This document shows, piece after piece, positions 54,180 to 62,793 of a stretch of 64,000 nucleotides of DNA. The stretch lies in contig CAYLIB010000003.1 in NCBI GenBank assembly GCA_964384035.1, positions 36,393 through 100,392 of the forward strand. Reading direction: 5' to 3'. Positions within the stretch are counted from its first letter, which is position 1; the number at the start of each line of letters is the position of its first letter. Origin of the DNA: an uncultured Candidatus Saccharibacteria bacterium. Lineage in GTDB: Bacteria; Patescibacteriota; Doudnabacteria; UBA920. Below the pieces are notes generated by a model. The model saw nothing but the letters and a program-made list of their open reading frames with translations, ran no database searches and was not told where the DNA came from. Both the position numbers and the translations under genes were made by a program.

Positions 54180-55180
54180 TACTTTACCAGTCGTTTTGAA
54201 TTATAAAATTCTTCTATTTCCTGAAACTGAGATTCCCACCAAGCAGTATTATTTTTAAACCAATCTACCATTTCGACTAGAGTTGTTTTAAGGTTTCGTT
54301 TTGGGGTCCAGCCTAGTTCGTTTGTTATTTTACTATGGTCGAGTGCATATTTTAAGTCGTGCCCTGGTCGATCTGGAACTAACTCTATTCTATCTAAAGA
54401 CAAATTCATTACTTCTAGCAGCATCTTTACCACGGCTAAATTAGATAACTCTTCGTTATCTGGTGCTATAAAATAGGTCTCACCTATCTTACCTTTGCTA
54501 ATAATTAGGTCGATAGCTTCGCAGTGATCTAACACATGCAGCCATTCTCTTACTTGGTTACCGGGAGTATATACTGGTACATTTTGACCAGATAACAACC
54601 TGCAGATAGCCCTTGGTATTAACCTTTCTGGAGCCATGTAAGGCCCAATATTATTTGCGCAGTTACTAATAGTGACTGGTAAGTTGAAACTATGATAATA
54701 AGCCCTTACCAGGTGATCGCTTGCGGCTTTGGTTGCTGAGTAAGGACTTCTCGGGTCGTAGGGAGATTTCTCGTTCCATTTTTCTTTAGATTCCAGGGGT
54801 AGGTGTCCCAGAACTTCGTCTGTTGAGACATGATGGAAGCGGGTATTATTTTTTCTCGCAGCTTCAAGTAAATTAAATGTTCCAACGACATTTGAAAAAA
54901 CGAAATCTGAGGGGTTAGAAAGAGATCTATCTACCATTGCCTCTGCAGCAAAATGGACAATTAAATCCTGACCTTCCACGGCTTGTTCAGCATATTCTTT
55001 TACTGCGATATCTTTCTGTAGAAAAGTAACTTTAGAGTCTACACCCGCTAGATTATCTTTTCTTCCGGTACTAGTAAGTTTGTCTATAATTGTAATTTCG
55101 TCTTCTGGATGGGTACTTAACCAGTATCTTACAAAATTACTGCCAATAAAACCGGCTCCGCCGGTAACTAATATCTTCAT
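54179..55180 (-). CDS. rfbB: dTDP-glucose 4,6-dehydratase
   Basis: VTGGAGFIGSNFV, HFAAE..VDRS, HVSTDEV, PYSATKA, REWLHV.DH, DRPGHD.+Y. Confidence 0.97.
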   Translation of the reverse strand: MKILVTGGAGFIGSNFVRYWLSTHPEDEITIIDKLTSTGRKDNLAGVDSKVTFLQKDIAVKEYAEQAVEGQDLIVHFAAEAMVDRSLSNPSDFVFSNVVGTFNLLEAARKNNTRFHHVSTDEVLGHLPLESKEKWNEKSPYDPRSPYSATKAASDHLVRAYYHSFNLPVTISNCANNIGPYMAPERLIPRAICRLLSGQNVPVYTPGNQVREWLHVLDHCEAIDLIISKGKIGETYFIAPDNEELSNLAVVKMLLEVMNLSLDRIELVPDRPGHDLKYALDHSKITNELGWTPKRNLKTTLVEMVDWFKNNTAWWESQFQEIEEFYNSKRLVK

Positions 55181-55269
55181 AATTGAATTTTATCAGGGTT
55201 ATTGCTCAAAGTCCAAAGGAATATTAGTATGGACTAACAGCAATTTCTGTAAACATAGGAGGAAGAATT

Positions 55270-56256
55270 ATGCCGATTAAGAAGTATTATGCTGGTAACC
55301 CTTACTATAGTTTGTTTAACCAAGTCCCTATACTCTGTATGAACTGGGGCAGAGACTACCTGTTTGCCGGTTTTTCTAGAGGTCTTGATTGTATTAACAA
55401 ACGTGGACAAGAAAAAGGATCCGCTTATTGGAAAATTCCTAATCTTACCGGAGAAACCACGAGCATGCTTGTAAACAATAATATTGACCACTTATGGATT
55501 GCTACTCACGGGGATCAGATCCACAAGTTTGGCCTACTAAGCAAGCGAGCTGCTGGTACCTACTTTGCCAAATTCAGAGGAAGCAGAATTGAAAATTTAC
55601 ACGAGGCAAATGATTTTGGGCTAATCGGAGCTTCCGGTGGGTGTTGCTTTCAAATATTTGATAGCAAGGCTAACGTGGTCGAGGTGTATGAACCAAAAGA
55701 TAGCAATAAGCAACCAGAAGATGTATTTAATGGCGGGATTTTAAGTGACACACACTACTTTGTGATTCTTTACGACCGCATAGAGATACGAGCATTCGGA
55801 CAAAAAACAGCGGATGTAACTCTGAATTTACAAATTAGCACCAACAACCGACTTGCACAGGAAAAACTTAGGCTTACTACAGTAAGCAAACCCAAGCACC
55901 CTAAAAAACCATGGCATATTGGGCTTACTACTGTTACAACATTTAAAGATAGTTTTTCGACAAAACTTATGTTGTACAGCATAGAGAATAGAATTCAACA
56001 AGTAGCTTCACGTGTGCTCCCTTTTTCTGTCCAGGCAATTTCTGTTACACCAGACGGCAAAACTATATTTGGGAGTGGCGATGTGCATGGGACTCAACTA
56101 ACTTTTGCTTTGAACCCAAGTGGAATGTATCTTGAGGAGACAGAACAATTCAAAGGAATCCCTGGCGCTACATCGGCACTTTTTTCACCAGATAATAGGC
56201 TCTTTGTTGCTACAAACTTTGGTGAGATATTTGAATTCGACAGAACTACCTACTGA
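55270..56256 (+). CDS. Hypothetical beta-propeller (WD40/YVTN-like) protein
   Basis: SD AGGAGG; repeated beta motifs incl. AISVTPDGKTIF, ALFSPDNRLFVAT..GEI..FD. Confidence 0.6.
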   Translation: MPIKKYYAGNPYYSLFNQVPILCMNWGRDYLFAGFSRGLDCINKRGQEKGSAYWKIPNLTGETTSMLVNNNIDHLWIATHGDQIHKFGLLSKRAAGTYFAKFRGSRIENLHEANDFGLIGASGGCCFQIFDSKANVVEVYEPKDSNKQPEDVFNGGILSDTHYFVILYDRIEIRAFGQKTADVTLNLQISTNNRLAQEKLRLTTVSKPKHPKKPWHIGLTTVTTFKDSFSTKLMLYSIENRIQQVASRVLPFSVQAISVTPDGKTIFGSGDVHGTQLTFALNPSGMYLEETEQFKGIPGATSALFSPDNRLFVATNFGEIFEFDRTTY

Positions 56257-56572
56257 AGGTAGGCTTTTTTATTTTTAATGAATCCTGAAATACTGCCTGA
56301 TTTTTTATTGACTCACCGGCTTTAGTTTCTGCTATGTGTGCTGTTCCTGCAACAATTTTTGAAACTCTCCATGGATAGAGGTTTTCTTCAATTGATAGTA
56401 TATTAAAATTTTTGTCCAAAAATATTACATCAATTGGAAAACGCATGAAAAAAGTATGAACTCTTTTACAGTTTGGAATTAAGAAGATTTCTGATTCAGA
56501 AATATTAGCTTTAATTGTTAATCCGAAAAGTCTAGTAAAAAAACTATACGCTATTGTAATTTTGGGTGTCAT
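56246..56572 (-). CDS. DUF192 family protein
   Basis: A.SFF.RL.GL, VHTFFMRFPIDVIFLD, PWR, E..AG. Confidence 0.9.
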   Translation of the reverse strand: MTPKITIAYSFFTRLFGLTIKANISESEIFLIPNCKRVHTFFMRFPIDVIFLDKNFNILSIEENLYPWRVSKIVAGTAHIAETKAGESIKNQAVFQDSLKIKKPTFSR

Positions 56573-56614
56573 AGTATGTTATAATAAACTTAACTTATTT
56601 AATGGCTTTAAGCT

Positions 56615-57034
56615 ATGGCTGACCAAAAACAAAGAAAAATTTTAATTGTGGAAGACGATATGGCTATGAGAGATATCGTTATTCACAAACTTCTAGCACA
56701 CGGTTTTGAAGTTAAAGAAGCAGAAGACGGAAGAAGAGGGATAGATTTAGCTATTCAAGAAAAACCAGATTTAATTTTGCTGGACCTTATGCTTCCAGAA
56801 GTAGATGGTTTTAAAGTTTTGGAGACTGTTCGTGGGTCTGATGATAAGTCTGTTAGCAATACTCCGGTAATTATATTGTCGAACCTTTGGAGCAATAAAG
56901 ATATACTTAGGACGAAGGACTTAAAAGTGCAGGCGTATATGGTTAAAGCGTATTTTACCACTGAAGAGATACTTAGCAAGATAAATGAGATACTGGCTGA
57001 AGGGAAGAAGCAGACAGAAGAAAAACCTGCATAG
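56615..57034 (+). CDS. Single-domain response regulator (receiver)
   Basis: ILIVEDD, PDLILLDLMLP.VDG, PVIILSN, Y+VK. Confidence 0.95.
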   Translation: MADQKQRKILIVEDDMAMRDIVIHKLLAHGFEVKEAEDGRRGIDLAIQEKPDLILLDLMLPEVDGFKVLETVRGSDDKSVSNTPVIILSNLWSNKDILRTKDLKVQAYMVKAYFTTEEILSKINEILAEGKKQTEEKPA

Positions 57035-57048
57035 CGTTATAGATTTCC

Positions 57049-57078
57049 AAAAAACACCATTTTCTATGGTGTTTTTTT
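57049..57078 (+). terminator. Rho-independent terminator
   Basis: AAAAAACACCAT-TTTCT-ATGGTGTTTTTTT. Confidence 0.7.
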
Positions 57079-57105
57079 AATTGAACGCTAATCTATTTAC
57101 CTATC

Positions 57106-57134
57106 TTGACTATTCTAACATAATATGTTATAAA
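57106..57134 (+). promoter_or_regulatory. Sigma70 promoter of the 57224-58958 gene pair
   Basis: TTGACT-17 bp-TATAAA with extended TG. Confidence 0.6.
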
Positions 57135-57223
57135 AATAGGCTCAATAAGTATTTTTTTGGGTTAGAGCTAACCCGACTTGTTGTGCCTGTTAACACAGAA
57201 AACCGACATTCTGGAGGAATGAC

Positions 57224-58189
57224 ATGAAATCTCGTTTTCAGATCGTTTTTTCGGTCGCCTTTTTGGCGATCTTTGCATTCAATTCCCTGGCACTGGCCCA
57301 GCGCAAGGCACCAGCGCCTTCAGCGGCTCCGCCCAAACCGGTCGAAGCACGCAAGCCGACGGTTATCAACTTGCCACCTCCGCCACCACAGAAACCCGCA
57401 CCGACGCCGGCGCCAGTGGTTCAAGAACGCAAGCCGACGGTTATCAACTTGCCACAGGCTACGCCGGCGCCAGTTGTGAAAGCGACTGCGACCCCTCCGC
57501 CTGTGCAATATGGTAACCAGGCAGTGAAAGCGACCCCAACTCCCGCGGCTCCCGTGGCCACACCAAGTGTGCAGTACGGAAACCAAGCGGCGAAACCTTC
57601 GCCAACTATGCAAGCCACTCAGCAAAATGCGACTGGCGTGCAGTACGGTAACAAGCAAGCGACGGTAATTCCTTTGGCGAAGCTGAGTCCGACTGAACTG
57701 GCGAAGCGTGAAGCGCAGGCCAAACAGTCTGGCAAGTACTTTGCAGACCGGAACTCGGCCATCGCGGCGATAAAGGCAAAAGAACCGATTCAGACGACTT
57801 TTGCCACGGAACCCGCCGAGCGACCTTACTGGGCGCCGGAGCAAGATGACCGTGGACGGCAGGTAGTGTTCAGCAACGGACGATATCGTTCTTACGATGG
57901 AAGTCGTTATTACGATTATGATCCGTATGCTGATAGCTATGGCCAATCACGAATCTTCAACCACGGTGGTTACTATGCTCCGGGGGTCGTGTACTATAAT
58001 GACCCGACACCTGGTTACAACTATGCGAATCAACCCGCTGTGGCTTATCCGCAACAGCCGACACAACCGGGGCAGCGGATGGGATTCTTTGGCGCATTCG
58101 CAACGGTCGCAGTGTTCGCAATGATCCTGGCAGCCGCCTGCTTCATTGCTTACTTGTATTTCCGAAGCAAACGTCGTACCAATCCATAA
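57224..58189 (+). CDS. Exported Pro/Gln-rich repeat protein with C-terminal TM anchor (GC-rich)
   Basis: SD GGAGG; signal peptide ending ALA-Q; RKPTVINLP x2, VQYGN x3; Tyr-rich segment; TM + RSKRR; 42/60 G+C in 57301-57360. Confidence 0.8.
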   Translation: MKSRFQIVFSVAFLAIFAFNSLALAQRKAPAPSAAPPKPVEARKPTVINLPPPPPQKPAPTPAPVVQERKPTVINLPQATPAPVVKATATPPPVQYGNQAVKATPTPAAPVATPSVQYGNQAAKPSPTMQATQQNATGVQYGNKQATVIPLAKLSPTELAKREAQAKQSGKYFADRNSAIAAIKAKEPIQTTFATEPAERPYWAPEQDDRGRQVVFSNGRYRSYDGSRYYDYDPYADSYGQSRIFNHGGYYAPGVVYYNDPTPGYNYANQPAVAYPQQPTQPGQRMGFFGAFATVAVFAMILAAACFIAYLYFRSKRRTNP

Positions 58190-58202
58190 CAAGGAGAAAA
58201 CC

Positions 58203-58958
58203 GTGGACGAAAAGCTGACAGTGCAGTTTTGGAAGAGCCTCAAGGCAGGTGAATTGCTCGTCATTTCTGACGAGCGGTCCATTTACCGCGAGTCGGACTT
58301 TGACAAGGCAGAGAAGGCAGCGGGCAGACTGGTTACGGACCGGATTGACGGGAAGATTCCCTTCAAGGTGAAGCAAGTGTTTCATTTGAATGGAAGCGAG
58401 ATCGGAGTTGATTTCGCACTTTTCGTTGAGCTGGAACCGACATCGGAAAGCCAAGCCAAAGCCCTCACTCGCACGTTTCTGTACGTGGAGGGTGTTGGCG
58501 AAAACTTCGATGTAACCTGCTACACGCAGGTGGACACGAACGCCGTACCTTCTGGGTCGCGGAGATTCCTGGCTGAAAACGGACACCCATGGATATTCGA
58601 AGGGTTAGAAGCAAACCCCGGTCAAGACCTTTTGAGCTACCCCTTTGTGAAGAGTGTCCCGATGTCGGCGAACGGTATGCCGATTCCGATGCTCAAAACC
58701 ACGGAAGCGGATAGCAACGCGACTTGCGTTTCCGCCGACCCACCCGTCGAAGGAACTTTTCTGTTCACCTTCGCCATTTACAAGGTTGATCCTGCTGTGA
58801 TGGCGGTGGCGAGAACCGATAGCCCAGAAGGGGCTTTGCTCAACTACAGAGCGTTCTTCGAGTTTGGTGACGCGAACAACGCCGAAGGAGGACTCGTACT
58901 CTTCCTTGAAGGCTCGAACGTGGACGTGAACAGCGTGGCCATGGGCGACGTGTTCTAG
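58203..58958 (+). CDS. Hypothetical protein, operonic partner of 57224
   Basis: GTG 58203 preceded by AAGGAG, in frame with the 58146 ORF; terminator directly after the stop. Confidence 0.75.
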   Translation: MDEKLTVQFWKSLKAGELLVISDERSIYRESDFDKAEKAAGRLVTDRIDGKIPFKVKQVFHLNGSEIGVDFALFVELEPTSESQAKALTRTFLYVEGVGENFDVTCYTQVDTNAVPSGSRRFLAENGHPWIFEGLEANPGQDLLSYPFVKSVPMSANGMPIPMLKTTEADSNATCVSADPPVEGTFLFTFAIYKVDPAVMAVARTDSPEGALLNYRAFFEFGDANNAEGGLVLFLEGSNVDVNSVAMGDVF

Positions 58959-58961
58959 CTT

Positions 58962-58994
58962 AAAAGCACATAGTATGACTATGTGCTCTTTTTT
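58962..58994. terminator. Bidirectional terminator
   Basis: AGCACATAGT-ATG-ACTATGTGCT with A/T flanks between convergent genes. Confidence 0.75.
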
Positions 58995-60001
58995 TATCTT
59001 GCGCTGAGTATGCTTCGTTTGTAGCTTTCTAGATTGTCGAGCGCCACTCCGGTGCCTTTGGCTACACAGAGTAGGCTATCTTCTGCGACATAACAAGGGA
59101 CACCTATACTCATACCTATATACTGGTCTAGATTTCTTAGCTGTGCGGTTCCACCGGTCATTACCATACCTTTGTCTATTACGTCGCTTGCTAGTTCGGG
59201 TGGGGTTTCTTGGAGGACTATTTTAACGGCTTTTACTATTTCAGCGAGTTGTTCAGAGATAGCGTCTACTACTTGGTTTGTACTCAGGCTTATAGTTTTT
59301 GGCAGACCTGAAAAGATATCTCTTCCTTTTATTTCCATAACTTCTTCTTCGCGCATATGAACTGCACTACCTATAGTTATTTTAATTTCTTCTGCTGTTC
59401 TATCCCCTATTGCTAAACTATGCTTTTGCTTAACGTAAGAGATAATGCTCGCATCTAGCTTATTGCCCGCGACTCGGACTGAGGTAGAGTTCACTATACC
59501 ACCAAGAGAGAGAACGGCTACATCTGTAGTTCCCCCACCAATATCGATGACCAAATTTCCTGAAGCGGACGCAATTGGAATACCGGCACCAATAGCTGCT
59601 GCAACTGTTTCTTTTATTACGTATGCATTTTTAGCACCGGCGGCTAGTGCAGCGTCTGTAACTGCCCTTCTTTCTGTAGAGGTGATACCGCCTGGGACGC
59701 TTATCATGACTTCGGGTCTAAAAAACCTAACACTACCCAGTGCTTTGTTTATGAAATACCGGAGCATAGCTTCGGTTACACGGTAGTCAGCGATTACTCC
59801 GTCTCGCATTGGCCTGGCTGCAATTATTGTTTCTGGAGTACGGCCTAACATTTCTTTTGCTTCCTGACCCACCGCTAAAACCTTATTGTCGTCCATAGAA
59901 ATGGCGACAACAGTTGGTTCGTTTATTATGATTCCTTTTTTTGGAACATAAACTAAGGTATTAGCTGTACCCAAGTCTATACCGATTTTCGTTTGGAACA
60001 T
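58994..60001 (-). CDS. mreB: Rod shape-determining protein MreB
   Basis: IGIDLGTANT, EPTVVA, RPMRDGVIAD, DIGGGTT, ELASD...G..+TGG. Confidence 0.97.
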   Translation of the reverse strand: MFQTKIGIDLGTANTLVYVPKKGIIINEPTVVAISMDDNKVLAVGQEAKEMLGRTPETIIAARPMRDGVIADYRVTEAMLRYFINKALGSVRFFRPEVMISVPGGITSTERRAVTDAALAAGAKNAYVIKETVAAAIGAGIPIASASGNLVIDIGGGTTDVAVLSLGGIVNSTSVRVAGNKLDASIISYVKQKHSLAIGDRTAEEIKITIGSAVHMREEEVMEIKGRDIFSGLPKTISLSTNQVVDAISEQLAEIVKAVKIVLQETPPELASDVIDKGMVMTGGTAQLRNLDQYIGMSIGVPCYVAEDSLLCVAKGTGVALDNLESYKRSILSAR

Positions 60002-60008
60002 ATTTTTT

Positions 60009-60088
60009 GAATGACGAATGACGAATGAAGAATGTAGAATGATCTCAGGTTTATAAATCGTTATTCGTTATTCTCTATCCGCTATTCT
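60009..60088. repeat. Inverted heptamer-repeat element (GAATGAC)n ... (TTATTCG)n between murA and mreB
   Basis: gaatgac gaatgac gaatgaa gaatgta gaatgat / 10-nt spacer / taaatcg ttattcg ttattct ctatccg ctattct. Confidence 0.85.
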
Positions 60089-60090
60089 TG

Positions 60091-61347
60091 TTAAATTCTT
60101 TCTATCTTAGCACCCAAACTTCTCAGTCTATCGTCAATTTTTTCGTAGCCTCTATCTATTTGGTAGATGTTATCTATTTCTGTCTCCCCTTTAGCTATTA
60201 GACCAGCAATTACAAGTGCAATTCCAGCTCTAATGTCTGGACTTGCGATTTTTTTACCTATTAGCGAGGTGGGACCTTCTACTAATACTCGGTGTGGGTC
60301 GCACATTAGAATATTTGCTCCCATGGAGTTTAAGGCATCTATGTAGAATAATCTCCCCTCGTAAATTGTTTCGAAGACGAGAGAACTACCTTTTGCTTGA
60401 GTCATTAAAACAGTTAAAGGTGGCTGTAGGTCAGTAGGAAGGCCTGGGTACTCATGAGTAACGATATCTTTGGTAATAGCTTTGAGGTCTGGACTATCTA
60501 ACACTTCAACAAAATTTTCTCCGATATTTAAATTGGCATTGGCCATTTGTAATAGTTCCCAGAAAACTTCTAAATGCGATGGATCGAAACCTGATACTTT
60601 TATTTTTGACTTAGTTGCCAAACCTAGTAATACAAATGTACCTGCTTCTATTCTATCTGGAAGCACCTGCCCTATTCCCCCACTTAATTTTTCTACACCC
60701 TCGATAGTTATAGTTGATGTTCCTGCTCCTGTTATTTTTGCTCCACAGGCATTTAGGAACTCTGCTAGTGCGGGAATTTCTGGTTCCTGGGCGGAATTGT
60801 AAAGCACAGATGTGCCCGGGATCCTGGATGCTAGCATCATCATGGTTTCTGTACCTGTAACCGTTACCCTAGGGAATACTAATTTTGCTGGTACTAATTT
60901 TTTTACTTTTAGGGAGTAGCCATCCTCTCTGTCTGTGACTTCTATACCAAACTTCTTAAAGCCATTTAGAAAGAAGTCGACCGGGCGCTTTCCTAGTACA
61001 CAACCTCCAGGGTATGGAAAATCAACTTCGCCTTTTTGGAGCAAAATAGGAACTGAGAGCAATATTGATGTCCTAACCTTTTGGTGTAGTTGGGGGTGAA
61101 GCTGTGTTTTTTTTATCTGAGTATTTGTAAAAGTATAAGTACTTCCTTCTGTTATAACCCCTACACCAAGATCTCTAATAATTTCAATTTTTCTGTGGAC
61201 ATCTTCGATATCTGGTACATTGGTTATTGTAGTCGGTCCTTCGGTTAGCAGTGCAGCTGGGAGTAATTTTAAAGCAGAGTTCTTTGCTCCTTTTACTTGA
61301 ATTTCACCACTAAGACGTGATTCACCGATAATTTTAAATTTTGGCAT
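60091..61347 (-). CDS. murA: UDP-N-acetylglucosamine 1-carboxyvinyltransferase
   Basis: GAKNSAL, PGGC.LG.RP, VTGTET, EPEI, PDRIEAGT, YPG.PTDLQ, DIRAG, IDRGYE. Confidence 0.98.
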   Translation of the reverse strand: MPKFKIIGESRLSGEIQVKGAKNSALKLLPAALLTEGPTTITNVPDIEDVHRKIEIIRDLGVGVITEGSTYTFTNTQIKKTQLHPQLHQKVRTSILLSVPILLQKGEVDFPYPGGCVLGKRPVDFFLNGFKKFGIEVTDREDGYSLKVKKLVPAKLVFPRVTVTGTETMMMLASRIPGTSVLYNSAQEPEIPALAEFLNACGAKITGAGTSTITIEGVEKLSGGIGQVLPDRIEAGTFVLLGLATKSKIKVSGFDPSHLEVFWELLQMANANLNIGENFVEVLDSPDLKAITKDIVTHEYPGLPTDLQPPLTVLMTQAKGSSLVFETIYEGRLFYIDALNSMGANILMCDPHRVLVEGPTSLIGKKIASPDIRAGIALVIAGLIAKGETEIDNIYQIDRGYEKIDDRLRSLGAKIERI

Positions 61348-61445
61348 AAATATAATAAGTAATAAACCTAATGTATATATTATAACAATTTTAAGTAATC
61401 AAGAATATGGCTCGGCAACTAGTGAGAAATAGGTTAAAATAAGGC

Positions 61446-62726
61446 ATGGATTCAAAATTACGTTACATTTTAATCGCGATAGGTTTTGCGGTTTTTATCA
61501 TTCTTTCACCCCTAGCAGTCTTGTACGTAAGGGGCTTAAAACCAGACATTAACCAAGGAAAAACTAAAGAGACAGGAATCTTTACCTCCAAAACAGACCC
61601 AAGTGGAGCTGTGGTGTTTTTAAATTCGGATGAGAAAGGCAAAACCCCTCTTGATGTTAGATTTTTGGCATCGGGTGATATTCATGTAGATATTAAAAAA
61701 CAAGGTTACAGAACCTGGAGCAAACGTCTTGCAATTATCCCCGGTAGAGTAACTTGGGCGCAAAGCGGTGTAGATACATTGTTTCTGTTTAAGGAAGACA
61801 GTGGTTTTACCAAGATAGATGATGGAGTCGATGACTTTATTCAAACGACCGATTCTTATATATACACACAGACTGATAAATTAGTTGTAACTGACACAGG
61901 AGATATAAAAGATAAAAAATATTTTAATATCACTAAAGGTACACCATATTTAATAAAAGGATCGCCTAATAATAAAACGTTTTTAATTTATAATACCGAG
62001 AATGCTTACCTCTTTAGACCTAGCAATTCAAAACTGGAAGAGATTTCGAAAATTACCAAGAAGAGTAGCTTGCTAAAGTTTACAGACTCAGGATCTCTTT
62101 ATACTATTGAAGGTAACAAACTTGTTTTTAGAGAAAACTCATTTAGTTCCCCTGTAACACTGGCAACTAACTTAAGCACCTTTGAACTACTAGATGATGA
62201 TATCTATGGGATATCAGCGACTGATAATAAACTATATTTTTTTGGAAAAGCGGGTAACTTAACGAAACAGGAATTGGCTGAACTTCCTGAATTAGAGAAT
62301 CCAAACTTAATAATCACCCCTTCAAAAGCAATCTATATATTAGAAAATAAAAACTTTTACCATTTAGGTAATTCACTAGAGAAGATATCTAGTAATGTCG
62401 AACGAATAGTTCACCCATACGGGTCTGAGTTGATTACAATAATAATACCTGGGGAATTGGACACTTATCGGAGCGGTCAAAAACAACCGCAAACGATAAA
62501 TCGTAGCACAGACGGTTACGATGATGCGGTAGTAAGAGAAGATATAGGATATGCTTTTATTGTTTCAAACAAAACTTTGAAAGCTATAGAACTTGACCAG
62601 AGAGATAGTCCAAATATTTATGATTTTAAAGATCTAAATGAACCGATAAAAATCCATATTGATCAAGATACTGAGAACTTGACAGTACTCGATAACAAGG
62701 AATTAAAAGTGACGGTAATTCACTAA
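61446..62726 (+). CDS. PEGA-domain membrane protein
   Basis: N-terminal TM, ETG....TDPSGA.V.+N, KTP, V.IKK.GY+.W.K, beta-rich C-terminal part. Confidence 0.85.
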   Translation: MDSKLRYILIAIGFAVFIILSPLAVLYVRGLKPDINQGKTKETGIFTSKTDPSGAVVFLNSDEKGKTPLDVRFLASGDIHVDIKKQGYRTWSKRLAIIPGRVTWAQSGVDTLFLFKEDSGFTKIDDGVDDFIQTTDSYIYTQTDKLVVTDTGDIKDKKYFNITKGTPYLIKGSPNNKTFLIYNTENAYLFRPSNSKLEEISKITKKSSLLKFTDSGSLYTIEGNKLVFRENSFSSPVTLATNLSTFELLDDDIYGISATDNKLYFFGKAGNLTKQELAELPELENPNLIITPSKAIYILENKNFYHLGNSLEKISSNVERIVHPYGSELITIIIPGELDTYRSGQKQPQTINRSTDGYDDAVVREDIGYAFIVSNKTLKAIELDQRDSPNIYDFKDLNEPIKIHIDQDTENLTVLDNKELKVTVIH

Positions 62727-62793
62727 AAAATTTGTTTTGCCAATTCTAATAAATAATTCTTTCATTCTCTGAAAATAAAAAAGAACGCAGGGT

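Noticed and set aside
34615-55205. Shared 10-mer GGGTTATTGC in the leaders of the 34670 and 55270 ORFs
   Set aside because: One 10-mer match among many leader pairs is compatible with chance, and the structural context differs
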